Shown: in pieces, positions 29,895-40,159 of the stretch
Position numbering within the stretch: the stretch's first letter is position 1
How the letters are laid out: each line of letters begins with the position of its first letter
Virus record (IMG/VR): IMGVR_UViG_3300042905_002309
Location: 1 to 64,000 of that record
DNA from: a virus
Taxonomy: Duplodnaviria > Heunggongvirae > Uroviricota > Caudoviricetes
Length of the DNA: 64,000 nucleotides
Reading direction: 5' to 3' (one strand)
Made by a program: the position numbers and the translations under genes
The notes under the pieces: model-generated
What the model saw: only the letters and a program-made list of their open reading frames with translations
What the model was told of the DNA's origin: nothing
Databases searched by the model: none

Positions 29895-31727
29895 TTAGTA
29901 TTCTACACTGTCATACTTAACTATAGTTGTTGATACGTTAATCTTATTTACAAAGCTTTCTTGATTATTTAAAAATGGGAATTGAAAATAATTTAATACT
30001 TGATTTTGTGAAATGAAATTAATATCGTTTGTATAGATAGGATTCCATGTCAACATTGATAATCCTTCATATCTTGCATTAGAATCTGTTCTTGCTGTAT
30101 AAAATGTCTCTACACCATCAACAGATAATATCGAATTAGATAAATTATCAATATCTACAACTTGTCCTAAACGAGAATTTGTCGATGTAAAATAATTATA
30201 GAAGATATTATAGATATCGGTCTTAATTGCCGATGCATCTCTACGACTATTGGGTTTTTTAATCACTAATAGTTGTGTATTATCTGTATCAGTTAACGCA
30301 GGTGTCACACCGCTATTGGCAATACCAATATCAAATGCCATATACACTGGATCGATTGTTATTGGCTCAGAAGTCAATACCTTCACATCCTGCATACTTC
30401 CTATAATTAACGATTTCAACGAAGGATTTAAATATGATAATGGATTTTTCGTATTAGTAATTACTTTAGGCACAATGAATAAGTATACATTATTAAAATT
30501 ACAAGAATCTGCAAATAGTACTTGGTTAAACAAAACTCTACTTACATTATTAGGATTTGTGATACCAAGATCATAAAAATACTTCAAATAACTTGATAAA
30601 TATGACCAATTGTTGACAACTTTAACATCATGAATCAAATTACTGTAATTGGTTCGAACATAATTTTCAAAATCAGATTCAGTCACAAGTCTATACTGTG
30701 AACGGAAATTAGCGGGTGAACGACTTCTAATATCTTCTACCCCTTCGGATTCAGCGTAATAAGTTGATGATGAATTATTATCAAAGCTTAAATTCGTTAT
30801 TTCATTTGGTGGTATAATGGTTATAGCTTCAATAATAATGTCATTTAAAATAGCATCAAATTGTTCGCTACTATAAACAACCATTTTACCAGCTTTAAGT
30901 GCATTCACACCAACTTCACCAGTTTTACCATCTGATTTTAAATAATATATAGCAACTTGATCACCAACATTCATCTTTTTGCCATTAATATCATTACCAA
31001 ATTTAATTTCATAATGCATTTTCTCGTTAAGACGAATTTCATACTTCTTATCAGTTGAATTTTCATTATAAAGATTGTTTGAACGATTCCATTCACTCCA
31101 TTTATTATCGATAATACTCTTAACATAAATGTTTATATTGAAATGATCAACAATGACATTATCACCTGGTAAAAGGTAAATGATTTCATTCTCGTCGCCA
31201 GTTGCCGTATAAATTGGATACTCAATAAAGCGTCCTTGATAAAATATCTTAGATGTTGACATATCACTCAAAAATTCTGATCCAGTAGTAGAGTGATAAA
31301 AACTGATATCCTCTTTAAATGAATAAGATATCGAACCCAATGTCATGTATGAATATCTAGGAATGGTATAAAGTGCTACAGGCATAGCGTTTGTAGCTGT
31401 GCAAGTGAAACTTAATACACTTGTTTGATAACCAATAGGGTTATATCCGATTAAAGTGGTTATTCTATTGATATTTTCGTACTTTTGTGATTCGCTAAAC
31501 AAAGCTTCTGTACCAGTTCTGTTATTATAATAAACCATTGTGTTGTAATGATATGCTACGATATCAATAAGTTGAGAAATGTTGCTACCTTCATATAATT
31601 GATCGGTAAATATCCCATTCTCTGTTAATCGTTGCTTCATAGCTGCCTTCATACCTAATGCATCGAAGGTTAAATAACCATCTTTAGGGAGTGGAAAATC
31701 GCCATTATTGTTTGTAATCGTTGCCAT
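29895..31727 (-). CDS. gp6: Baseplate wedge subunit, T4 gp6-like
   Basis: FTDQLYEGSN..L.D..AY, YEIKFGND..GK, QYRLVT..DF; adjacent to gp25. Confidence 0.85.
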   Translation of the reverse strand: MATITNNNGDFPLPKDGYLTFDALGMKAAMKQRLTENGIFTDQLYEGSNISQLIDIVAYHYNTMVYYNNRTGTEALFSESQKYENINRITTLIGYNPIGYQTSVLSFTCTATNAMPVALYTIPRYSYMTLGSISYSFKEDISFYHSTTGSEFLSDMSTSKIFYQGRFIEYPIYTATGDENEIIYLLPGDNVIVDHFNINIYVKSIIDNKWSEWNRSNNLYNENSTDKKYEIRLNEKMHYEIKFGNDINGKKMNVGDQVAIYYLKSDGKTGEVGVNALKAGKMVVYSSEQFDAILNDIIIEAITIIPPNEITNLSFDNNSSSTYYAESEGVEDIRSRSPANFRSQYRLVTESDFENYVRTNYSNLIHDVKVVNNWSYLSSYLKYFYDLGITNPNNVSRVLFNQVLFADSCNFNNVYLFIVPKVITNTKNPLSYLNPSLKSLIIGSMQDVKVLTSEPITIDPVYMAFDIGIANSGVTPALTDTDNTQLLVIKKPNSRRDASAIKTDIYNIFYNYFTSTNSRLGQVVDIDNLSNSILSVDGVETFYTARTDSNARYEGLSMLTWNPIYTNDINFISQNQVLNYFQFPFLNNQESFVNKINVSTTIVKYDSVEY

Positions 31728-31728
31728 A

Positions 31729-32226
31729 TTATGTGTTCCTTATCATTAAAATACCTTGACTTGTATATGTTCCTATGAGTTGAATACCTGTCTTCTTTAA
31801 TGCTGGTATCGTGATATAAACAGTCACATCATATTCATTTTCATCAGGTTTAGATTCAATTATAATCTGATCTACAGTAACTCGTGGTTCCCACTTGGTA
31901 ATCGCATTATCAATCTCTGTACCAATCATATTTCCTGTACTGGTGGTTACTGGCATACCAACATATCTTAATAAATTACACCCAAAAGTCGGTATTAAAA
32001 AGCGTTGTCCAGCACGAGTATTCAAAATATTACTTAAAGCATTTCTTATGGCATATTCATCATAATCAACCACAATATCTTTACCATTAATACTTTTATA
32101 TACGTTCTCGATACTGATACCTCGATTACTTTGCATGATATCGAAGTGCATATCAGTATATGTGTATCCTTTACTAGTACTTAACGATGTCTTCTTTGAC
32201 AATTCTGTTAATTTAATTGAAGCCAT
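31729..32226 (-). CDS. gp25: Baseplate wedge subunit, T4 gp25-like
   Basis: AIRNAL.NIL.T..G.R...P.FG...L; I..WEPRV. Confidence 0.9.
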   Translation of the reverse strand: MASIKLTELSKKTSLSTSKGYTYTDMHFDIMQSNRGISIENVYKSINGKDIVVDYDEYAIRNALSNILNTRAGQRFLIPTFGCNLLRYVGMPVTTSTGNMIGTEIDNAITKWEPRVTVDQIIIESKPDENEYDVTVYITIPALKKTGIQLIGTYTSQGILMIRNT

Positions 32227-32312
32227 AACATAATCCTTTACAAATATTTATCGGATTAGTTGAAAATGTAAGCAAATTCTATAAATAATTAAAAGCAATA
32301 GGAGAAATAAAT

Positions 32313-32882
32313 ATGTTTACAGATTTCAAATCAAAATTTAGTATGTTGTGTGAAGAGAACACTCTTCGTTATAAACAATCAGGTGTATTGTTTGGTGATT
32401 ATTGCATTATTCGACCTGATGCACTTAAATCAGACTTTATGAAAGGTAAGCCTTCTAATTTCGTAGATAAAATTAAATCTATGATGAATTCAGATAAGCC
32501 TCTCAAGATTAGTGTAGTTAAATCAGTACGTCCAGAGAGTTCTAATGATCTTGCTGCTGGTGCTGGTGAGGCTTCTACTGGTACTATGGTGGATGTTATC
32601 ACCTGTTTGACTCCTGCGACCTTTGTAGACCCTGTTACACTCCCTGTAGAGCTTATTGACGTAGTTATCCCTAATGATAACAATTGGAGTCCTGCTATGC
32701 CTGATAGTTGGAAACGTAAAGATGATTCACAAATTGAACCCATCCCTGTTACTGATGCTACAGGTGAGCTTGATCACCAAACTCAAGGTTCAAAACGTAA
32801 ATTGGCTACCAAAGATACAAAAGGTCTTGGTAAATCAGCCGTAGACGGTAAGAAATCAGCTAAAAAGGCTAAAGAGGACTAA
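32313..32882 (+). CDS. Hypothetical late protein
   Basis: ATAAATA promoter and AGGAG RBS upstream. Confidence 0.65.
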   Translation: MFTDFKSKFSMLCEENTLRYKQSGVLFGDYCIIRPDALKSDFMKGKPSNFVDKIKSMMNSDKPLKISVVKSVRPESSNDLAAGAGEASTGTMVDVITCLTPATFVDPVTLPVELIDVVIPNDNNWSPAMPDSWKRKDDSQIEPIPVTDATGELDHQTQGSKRKLATKDTKGLGKSAVDGKKSAKKAKED

Positions 32883-32886
32883 TAAA

Positions 32887-33486
32887 ATGCAATTTACATC
32901 ATTATCTAATAAAGAATCTGAAAAAATTTCTGATGCTTATGAACAAATCTTGAAAAAAGCTAAAGAAACACCAAAACCTGCTCCTAAAGACCCACCAAAA
33001 CCTATTAAAGAGGGTATCGATCCTCGTCAAGCTGATGGTGGCAAGGGAGATTATCTTAGAGACATGGCAAAAGATGATAAAGCTGATACAAGAAGAGAAA
33101 AAGCTTCTGCTATTCCTTTAGATCAACCTGCTGGTGTTGGTAGGGATCAAATTGCACGTATTGAAGCTGCAAGAGCCAAATTAAAGACATTAGCTGGTGC
33201 TTACAAAGAAGCAAAACAGACAAATGCGCCTAATTTGATCAGTTTACGTAGCGAAGTTGTTGATACCATTGCTGATGTGTTTGAAGATATCGCCCAAGAT
33301 GCTGTTAAACAGTTCGAAGGTGACAATCTTAAAACTACAAGAGGTAATTACGGTAAATACATGCAGTTCTTGTCTAATGAAAGCTTTAAGGGATTATATC
33401 TTCATGGTATTATCAAAGCCCTTAGAAAAGCTGGTGCTGGACAAGGGCTTAGTGACGCAACTCGTATTATAATGGGTAACTTCTAA
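32887..33486 (+). CDS. Hypothetical protein
   Basis: 199-aa ORF co-oriented and adjacent to 32313. Confidence 0.6.
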   Translation: MQFTSLSNKESEKISDAYEQILKKAKETPKPAPKDPPKPIKEGIDPRQADGGKGDYLRDMAKDDKADTRREKASAIPLDQPAGVGRDQIARIEAARAKLKTLAGAYKEAKQTNAPNLISLRSEVVDTIADVFEDIAQDAVKQFEGDNLKTTRGNYGKYMQFLSNESFKGLYLHGIIKALRKAGAGQGLSDATRIIMGNF

Positions 33487-33487
33487 G

Positions 33488-34441
33488 TTACTTATCTAAT
33501 ATTTGTTCAATCTTGATAACACAGGCAAAGAAGTTAATCTCTTTATCGAGTACTGTTGCATCTGCACACATCGAATCAGATATTACTAATAAAACTATCT
33601 TCTTCTTCGTCATAGGTAAGTCTGCATCAGCATAAAATAAATCAAAAAGCTGTCTCAATAAGGCTTGATAATTACTATTGAATGCTGTTTCCTTTGCAAT
33701 AACTGCTCCACGCATTTCAAAGATATCTTTCTTATTACGGATATAATCATAACAAGTCTTTGCCAATTGAGCAACTTCCTTGGTAAGATCGACTTCTGCG
33801 TAAATAAATTTACCAGTTATGGAAAATTTTTGAAGACTATTGATACCTGCACGTAAATCTGGATAACAATCATTGATTAATTTCTTAAAATTCTCTATTT
33901 GATCTTTATCAATTCTAATCTTTTCTTCGTGTAATATTTTAATAAGACGATTACTATATTCTGAACGACTAGGTTGAATATAAAATGTTCCTGCCGAACA
34001 ACGTGAACGAATGGCATCACTAATTTTATTAATATTGTTAGCAGTTAATACAAATCTTGCATATTTTGCATATTCCTCAATTGAATTACGTAAAGCATCT
34101 TGACCTGCTGTAGAAAACCCATCAAATTCGTCCAAAAAGACTACCTTAATACCACCATCAATACTTTTTGTTTGTATAAAATTAGTAATCTTACCACGAA
34201 CAGTTTCAATACCTGACTCGTCTGATGCATTAATATAAAGATATTGACAACCCAACAAATCATTTACAATGATATGACCTAATCGGGATTTCCCACCACC
34301 GGGTTCACCTACTAACAAAATATTAGGAATGTTTTTTGTTTTCTGTACATTTAAAAAATATTCTCGTACTTCTGGTGTAAGAATAATATCTTCAAATTTG
34401 TATGGTCTATATTTTACTTCCCAAAGAATATCAAAGTTCAT
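33488..34441 (-). CDS. gp44: Clamp loader AAA+ subunit (T4 gp44/RFC-like)
   Basis: WEVKYRP, GEPGGGKS Walker A, INASD, LDEFD, SRC motif. Confidence 0.9.
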   Translation of the reverse strand: MNFDILWEVKYRPYKFEDIILTPEVREYFLNVQKTKNIPNILLVGEPGGGKSRLGHIIVNDLLGCQYLYINASDESGIETVRGKITNFIQTKSIDGGIKVVFLDEFDGFSTAGQDALRNSIEEYAKYARFVLTANNINKISDAIRSRCSAGTFYIQPSRSEYSNRLIKILHEEKIRIDKDQIENFKKLINDCYPDLRAGINSLQKFSITGKFIYAEVDLTKEVAQLAKTCYDYIRNKKDIFEMRGAVIAKETAFNSNYQALLRQLFDLFYADADLPMTKKKIVLLVISDSMCADATVLDKEINFFACVIKIEQILDK

Positions 34442-34626
34442 TTATTTTTCTCCATAAAATTTTCTGCACGTAAATGTTGTAAGCGTTGATCAAGATCATA
34501 TATCACATACTTCTGAAAGTCAATGATTTTCTTTAATCTTTCTATTTCAAGTTTATCATTACATGACGCACACTCACATTTACGTGTAGGTTCATCTTTA
34601 TCTTCCCAACCATGAACGAAATCCAT
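34438..34626 (-). CDS. Small hypothetical protein
   Basis: Tightly packed ORF with GGAG RBS. Confidence 0.5.
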   Translation of the reverse strand: MDFVHGWEDKDEPTRKCECASCNDKLEIERLKKIIDFQKYVIYDLDQRLQHLRAENFMEKNK

Positions 34627-34627
34627 A

Positions 34628-34969
34628 TTATTCTCCTTGGTATTCTAGAGAACCTTCATTGATAGTATTACCATCCATATTGTAAAAATGATGAAGAATC
34701 ATTTCACCGCTGTTAGCATTACCCACTAAACATGCCCAAAATCTGGTGTTATCATCTTTATCACCAACTTTACGTTGCTTATCAGTACTGAAATATGACT
34801 TACCATATTTCTTAATCCAATTTTCAACACGTTCAGGTGCAGAGAAAATTCCGATAACATGTACTGTATCATTGGGAATCAATTTCCCAAGTTTCTTCAT
34901 CTTACGACTCTCTAAAACAAAATATTCCTTTTTCATAATTAATCCTTTATAATTTCTGTTACAGACCAA
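34628..34969 (-). CDS. Hypothetical protein
   Basis: Operon-packed ORF; likely start at MKKEYF. Confidence 0.5.
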   Translation of the reverse strand: MVCNRNYKGLIMKKEYFVLESRKMKKLGKLIPNDTVHVIGIFSAPERVENWIKKYGKSYFSTDKQRKVGDKDDNTRFWACLVGNANSGEMILHHFYNMDGNTINEGSLEYQGE

Positions 34970-35184
34970 TGTAAAATAATAGTTATTAATCCGCTAATAA
35001 GAAAAGAACTAATAACTATTAAAACTGCGTATACTAACGCAAACATAAAACTAAGTGCTAGTGTTAATCCCGATAATAATAAAACTCCTAAAATTACTAA
35101 ATTAATATATGCAATTTTCTTTCTCATATTAAACCCTTTCAATAAAATGTCTCCACGACTGACAAGGATGATTCTGCCATACAA
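34939..35184 (-). CDS. Small membrane protein
   Basis: Two hydrophobic segments; likely start at MRKKIAY. Confidence 0.5.
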   Translation of the reverse strand: MYGRIILVSRGDILLKGFNMRKKIAYINLVILGVLLLSGLTLALSFMFALVYAVLIVISSFLISGLITIILHWSVTEIIKD

Positions 35185-35704
35185 CGGAAGTCAAAGGATT
35201 AATCCATCTTGGCTTACGTGGTTGTATAATCAACTTCATACCTGCTTCTTGTGGGGTTCTGTTAGCCTTCTTCTGATTACAACCCATACAAGCTGGAACA
35301 GTATTATCCCATGTACTCTTACCACCTCTAGAGCGTGGCATAACATGCTCGATCTGTAATTCCTTTTCAGTAAAAACTTTACCACAATATAAACACTTCA
35401 TCTTATATGTCTTGAATAAATTCTCTCTGCTATATTTAACCTCTCTGTCGGGTAATCTGTCATACTTTGTAAGTACAATGATTTCAGGAACAGCAATAGG
35501 ACATCTAACAGTCTTAATCTTAGCATAATCTTCTGCATTTGATATAGAGAAGTTAATCCAATCTTCATAAGCATATCCAACATAGTCTCTATCTAAAGCG
35601 TGTGCATGATCCTTATAAAGTAATGTAATACCTTTAGGCCAATCAACAACATGTGTTGGAGTATAAGCTTTATTTAACACTAAAATATTATGTTTACTTT
35701 TCAT
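35129..35704 (-). CDS. HNH endonuclease (McrA-like)
   Basis: LVLN..Y.P; CLYCG...IEHVMPRSRGG..TWDN.V.AC..CN..K. Confidence 0.85.
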   Translation of the reverse strand: MKSKHNILVLNKAYTPTHVVDWPKGITLLYKDHAHALDRDYVGYAYEDWINFSISNAEDYAKIKTVRCPIAVPEIIVLTKYDRLPDREVKYSRENLFKTYKMKCLYCGKVFTEKELQIEHVMPRSRGGKSTWDNTVPACMGCNQKKANRTPQEAGMKLIIQPRKPRWINPLTSVVWQNHPCQSWRHFIERV

Positions 35705-35939
35705 CTTTAAATCCAATCCCAATTTTATCTATTTTTTTATTAACTACTAAATCTTCTTCTCTTAATACCATTGTTTTAAATTCTGGCCCAAACCAATATA
35801 AAATTTCATATGTTACATTGAATTTATAAATGTTAATAGCATTTATTTTCCCATGCATAGGCACTTGCTTCGGATCACCGAAAGATACTAATGTACCTAT
35901 CGGTAACACTTTTCTTGTTTCCTCAGTTAGTTTCTTCAT
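35694..35939 (-). CDS. Hypothetical protein
   Basis: ORF behind a TTGACA/TATAGT promoter. Confidence 0.5.
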   Translation of the reverse strand: MKKLTEETRKVLPIGTLVSFGDPKQVPMHGKINAINIYKFNVTYEILYWFGPEFKTMVLREEDLVVNKKIDKIGIGFKDEK

Positions 35940-35956
35940 ATGTTGTAAATACTATA

Positions 35957-37102
35957 TTATGCAATCTCAGTATTGTCAACAACTGTCGTATAAGTATTAT
36001 CGAATTTATAATCTCCACTGAATACAGCATACACTGTCACAACTGGTGAATATGATGGTTTAGGTTTAAACGATTCTCTTGGCATAAATCCATAACGCAT
36101 CGCAAGACGTAAATCTTTATCTGGATATTGTTTTTTAGCAGGAAATCCATAAAGCATCATAATTGGTCGATCTTCTGCCTTTTCTGTCTTTTCTAGAACC
36201 TCAAACACACCTTTAACGGTATATTTTGGTTCATATGTCTTATTTTTACAATGATCTTTGCAACATTTACAACTACGGAAACGCTGTTCTAAAAACTTAT
36301 TTTCCCAAATTGCTTGTAATTGACTATAAGGAATATTACCCTGTACTAAATCGTTAATATTACTTACCCATGAACGCATACTCAAACATGGAACAACATC
36401 TCCATTTGAAAGAATACCGATAGACTTTACACCTGCACTACACGATCCATTATTCATATCATCTGCAAGAACAACTTTTACCTTCTGATCAATTGCAGTT
36501 TGAATTTTATCAAATAAATGCTTCAACGCTTCATCATTGTTATAAATGGCATCAGAACTTTCCATATCATTATACATGGTGTACTGAACCTGCCAGTTCA
36601 TATTATACGTACTAACAACAGTTCTAATTTTATCAAAAAGAAATACATTATTGATATTGAAATTAGTAATGACGGTCATTTTATCAACTAATGGTAATCG
36701 ATTACCAAATGTTGCAAAGAATTGATCAATTTCCACTTGTTCGTTAAGTGATACACCAACCCAATCATAAGATTCTAATATTTTAATCTTATCATCAAAA
36801 ATCATCGGGGAAAGTTGTTTAAAACTCTTAGGATTGAAAAGGATTTTAACCTGTACACCCTTATCTTTCAATACTTTTACCAAACGTTGGTGTGTAGCTA
36901 ATGGTACTAATAGTGGATCACCACCACTAACATCGATAGCCGTAGGTGGAAACTCTGCAATGGCATCAACAATTCGATCAATAGTATTGGTATCAATTTC
37001 AGTATCCCATTGGTCTTTTGATCCACAATATTTACAGCCATTGTTACACTTACCTGTAATTTCGTAAATAATCTCTTCTAATTTAATTGCTGGTTTATTC
37101 AT
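35957..37102 (-). CDS. Radical SAM/SPASM-domain protein with repetitive C-terminal tail
   Basis: YEITGKCNNGCKYCGS, SGGDPL, CSAG...GILSNGDVVPC. Confidence 0.8.
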   Translation of the reverse strand: MNKPAIKLEEIIYEITGKCNNGCKYCGSKDQWDTEIDTNTIDRIVDAIAEFPPTAIDVSGGDPLLVPLATHQRLVKVLKDKGVQVKILFNPKSFKQLSPMIFDDKIKILESYDWVGVSLNEQVEIDQFFATFGNRLPLVDKMTVITNFNINNVFLFDKIRTVVSTYNMNWQVQYTMYNDMESSDAIYNNDEALKHLFDKIQTAIDQKVKVVLADDMNNGSCSAGVKSIGILSNGDVVPCLSMRSWVSNINDLVQGNIPYSQLQAIWENKFLEQRFRSCKCCKDHCKNKTYEPKYTVKGVFEVLEKTEKAEDRPIMMLYGFPAKKQYPDKDLRLAMRYGFMPRESFKPKPSYSPVVTVYAVFSGDYKFDNTYTTVVDNTEIA

Positions 37103-37350
37103 ACATCTCCATTCGTTAAGTTTGCATCATCTTCACGTTTATCCAAAAATCTTCTACGATATTCATCACCACAATGAATTGCTGCATATACAGTATCATG
37201 TAGATTCGAATAGTTAAAATCTCTTGTTGTCATGTATTCTTTCATAAGATAAAAGATACAATATTCCAATTCACCTTTAGTGGTAAATGGTGGAAGTTCA
37301 CTTAAAACTTCATTAAATTTAACTCTATCACCTTGTTTAATATAGGGCAT
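37099..37350 (-). CDS. Phage hypothetical protein
   Basis: MPYIKQ...GELEY...NGDV pattern; operon-packed. Confidence 0.55.
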   Translation of the reverse strand: MPYIKQGDRVKFNEVLSELPPFTTKGELEYCIFYLMKEYMTTRDFNYSNLHDTVYAAIHCGDEYRRRFLDKREDDANLTNGDV

Positions 37351-37351
37351 A

Positions 37352-37744
37352 CTAATCCCTCTTCCTTTTATTTTGGATTACATCAACCGCATTCAACTTT
37401 AAAAAGTATTCAATACTTCCGGGACTTTTATCATCAACATAGATATTAGCATAAATTTTACGGTTTGCAAAGATATGTCCATTTTCTTTGAGCATTTTTA
37501 CCACATATTCAGAGTGTGATGGAGCATTATCATTAACCGCATCAAATGTTAGCCCATTTTCATTACATCTGTCGATAGCTTCTTGTAATGTTCCTGCCTC
37601 ACGACAAGTCCATAAGATAATTTCTGCACCTTCCGATTTGAATTCTTTTACTTTTTCAAATACAGGAATTACAGGATTACCTAAATTGGGGTAACTATCT
37701 GTGAATAATGTACCATCATAATCAACTGCTACTATATATTTCAT
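37352..37744 (-). CDS. HAD-superfamily hydrolase
   Basis: AVDYDGTL, IILWTCR, KIYANIYVDD. Confidence 0.8.
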   Translation of the reverse strand: MKYIVAVDYDGTLFTDSYPNLGNPVIPVFEKVKEFKSEGAEIILWTCREAGTLQEAIDRCNENGLTFDAVNDNAPSHSEYVVKMLKENGHIFANRKIYANIYVDDKSPGSIEYFLKLNAVDVIQNKRKRD

Positions 37745-37813
37745 GCTTACTACTATATCAAAATATTAAAAAAATACAAGTAGTATTTGCACTTTTTTAC
37801 ATAAATAGTTAAA

Positions 37814-39796
37814 ATGGAGCATACTATGGACTTTAAAACACTTTACAATGAAATATTAACCGAAGGTAAAACCGAACTAGAGAAAATTAAGGAAGAAATA
37901 GCTAAAATTAGTGTAAAATATGGTGAAAAAGCTGCTACTGCCTTGGAAAATTTGTTAGAAGTAGTACAGGCTCATTCAACTGCATTAAAAAGCTTCCAAA
38001 AAAAGACACCAAAACCAACTTTATCTAAAAAAATAGATATAAATAACCCTAAAAATAATAAAGAACGTGAAAAAATTAGTGAGTATAAGACAGCCCTTGT
38101 AGCATATAAAGCTGGATACGAAGATTTACAACACACAAAATTAAATGCTTTAGTTCCAATTTTAGATTCGGTTAAAGCAATTAATGTTCCTGAAAAAGAT
38201 CCGTGTGGATTAGAGTATACCCAAGGGAATTCAAAAGTTGGTGATGATACCATAATCATAAACATGGGACCAGCAACCGTATGTGACTCTGCTAAAGCAG
38301 GTAAATGTGATTTATACTTTTTGGGATTCTGCTATGCTCAAAATAACGAATCTACTCATAAACTCGCTATTGTTAAACGTTTTAGAGAAAAATTACAATG
38401 GAAATTCGGAAATCCTACCACTATAGCTACACAAATTTCAGATGTAATTTTAAAATTAAGAAAACGTGGTGATAAGATTAAATATGTACGTTTTAATGAG
38501 TCTGGTGATTTCGCAACACCTAATGATGCAACACCTAATGATGTCTCTAAATTTGAACAGGTTGTAGAAGAAACAAATAAATTATTAGGGAGTGATCCTG
38601 TTATATTCTACACCTATACACATAGAAGTGATTTATTCGAAACATATAAACCAAAATCTAAAGAACTTATTATTCAAGGATCAGGTAAATTTGGTGAAAC
38701 TGGTAAAGAAAAACCATTTTTTGTTCATAATTGTTTCATGGGTATTGATTATGGTATCGTTGTTAATTTATTAGAGAATGGTAAATTAAATGATTCAGAC
38801 GAATTAAAAACTGCACTAGGTTTACCGCTTGATAAACCTATTAAAAATGTTGTTTATTGTCCCGGTAATTGTTTTGGATGTCTATTATGCAAAACTAAAA
38901 AGGAAGGTGTTGATAATGGCAGGTTAATTTTAGTTATGAATCATGGTATGGGTGCGGAATTAACTAATGCTGTAAAAGATGTTACAAAACAACTTAGAGA
39001 TTTATTCAAACAAAATGCCAATCAGATTTTAAAATTAAATGCTAGTAATATTCCAGACGCTTTAAAAAAGGCTATTTTCTCCACTCAATATTTTCATGAG
39101 AATAGTGTCGTAGAAAAACTTCTTCTTTATACAATGCCTCGTTATAATAATAAAACTAAAGTAACTAAACCACCACTAGTTGATATTGATAGTATATATC
39201 CCTTCATTATGGATATGCGTGAGTCTTTTAAGAAAGAAGTAAAGGCAAATCCTAAATCACAAATTCTTAAAGCAACTAGAAGATTTTTAGACCTTCAAAC
39301 TGGTAAAGCTAGTGACGAAGCTCTATTACAATTTATTGATAAAACTCGACAGAAAATTAAAAGGGGTGAAGTTATTACTGATGTACCAGAAACAAGTGGT
39401 CCCACGGATGTTCCAACGGTTGCAGTGAATAGTAGTTATAAATTAAATGGTAATTTATTAACCGAAGGTAAAAAATTCGATATATCAAAAGTTTCATCAG
39501 TTAATTTGGCTAATATGGCTTTAGATGGTAGTCTTGCTAAATTTAATGGATTCAAAACTGAAAATGATTTATATCCAGACGGAAATCCTGATAAAGAAGT
39601 AGAAGAAACACCTCAACCTGCACCTGTTCAAGCTCCTACAGCTACCGCAATGCCTACTACTCCTGCTACACCTGCACCAACGGCTCCAACAGCCCCTACA
39701 ACAGGTGAAGTTGTAGCAGACAGTCTACGTGTTCAAAAGAATATGCGTAAGATTCTAGGAGAAAAGAAGTGTATTATTTTGAAGAACCGTCTTTAA
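37814..39796 (+). CDS. Late protein with Gp88-like Cys-motif domain and Pro/Thr/Ala-rich tail
   Basis: GNSK, C..C..CYA, VRFNESGDF, FYTYT, CPGNCFGCLLC. Confidence 0.55.
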   Translation: MEHTMDFKTLYNEILTEGKTELEKIKEEIAKISVKYGEKAATALENLLEVVQAHSTALKSFQKKTPKPTLSKKIDINNPKNNKEREKISEYKTALVAYKAGYEDLQHTKLNALVPILDSVKAINVPEKDPCGLEYTQGNSKVGDDTIIINMGPATVCDSAKAGKCDLYFLGFCYAQNNESTHKLAIVKRFREKLQWKFGNPTTIATQISDVILKLRKRGDKIKYVRFNESGDFATPNDATPNDVSKFEQVVEETNKLLGSDPVIFYTYTHRSDLFETYKPKSKELIIQGSGKFGETGKEKPFFVHNCFMGIDYGIVVNLLENGKLNDSDELKTALGLPLDKPIKNVVYCPGNCFGCLLCKTKKEGVDNGRLILVMNHGMGAELTNAVKDVTKQLRDLFKQNANQILKLNASNIPDALKKAIFSTQYFHENSVVEKLLLYTMPRYNNKTKVTKPPLVDIDSIYPFIMDMRESFKKEVKANPKSQILKATRRFLDLQTGKASDEALLQFIDKTRQKIKRGEVITDVPETSGPTDVPTVAVNSSYKLNGNLLTEGKKFDISKVSSVNLANMALDGSLAKFNGFKTENDLYPDGNPDKEVEETPQPAPVQAPTATAMPTTPATPAPTAPTAPTTGEVVADSLRVQKNMRKILGEKKCIILKNRL

Positions 39797-39993
39797 AACA
39801 GATTTCCACCAAAAATATCATTAAAAATACTACTATCAACCTTTGGTTCGGGTTTTCTGGCTTCTAAACCCTTATCAAAGGCTAATTTTAAAGCCTTCTT
39901 AAAGCCTTTCTTAGTCATTGTAATGGTTTCAGAATCGTTTCTGAGATTCACGTTCTTATTTTCTATAATAATCCATAATGTTTCAAAGTTCAT
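39793..39993 (-). CDS. Small hypothetical protein
   Basis: ORF behind TTGACT-N16-TATATT promoter. Confidence 0.5.
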   Translation of the reverse strand: MNFETLWIIIENKNVNLRNDSETITMTKKGFKKALKLAFDKGLEARKPEPKVDSSIFNDIFGGNLF

Positions 39994-40028
39994 GTGAATA
40001 ATATATCACTATTTTTGGAAAAGTCAAC

Positions 40029-40057
40029 AAAAAACCCCAAACCTTTCGGAATGGGGT
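40029..40057 (-). terminator. Intrinsic terminator ending tRNA array 1
   Basis: ACCCCA-TTCCGAAAGGTT-TGGGGT followed by T-run. Confidence 0.7.
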
Positions 40058-40085
40058 AAAACGACGAATATAGATTGTTTCTAAA

Positions 40086-40159
40086 TGGTGCGGTATGGGA
40101 AATTCGAATTCCCAACAAAACATTGGCAATGTCTTATGTTACCATTACACTAATACCGC
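40086..40159 (-). tRNA. tRNA-Gly(GCC)
   Basis: Cloverleaf, TTCGAAT T-loop, encoded CCA. Confidence 0.9.

Noticed and set aside
611-30576. Numerous 60-115 aa antisense or nested ORFs within long genes
   Set aside because: Shadow frames of real genes, with no RBS or recognisable motifs.
38513-38543. 15-nt tandem duplication (ATPND twice); similar 12-nt duplication near 40630
   Set aside because: Simple in-frame slippage duplications with no further structure.
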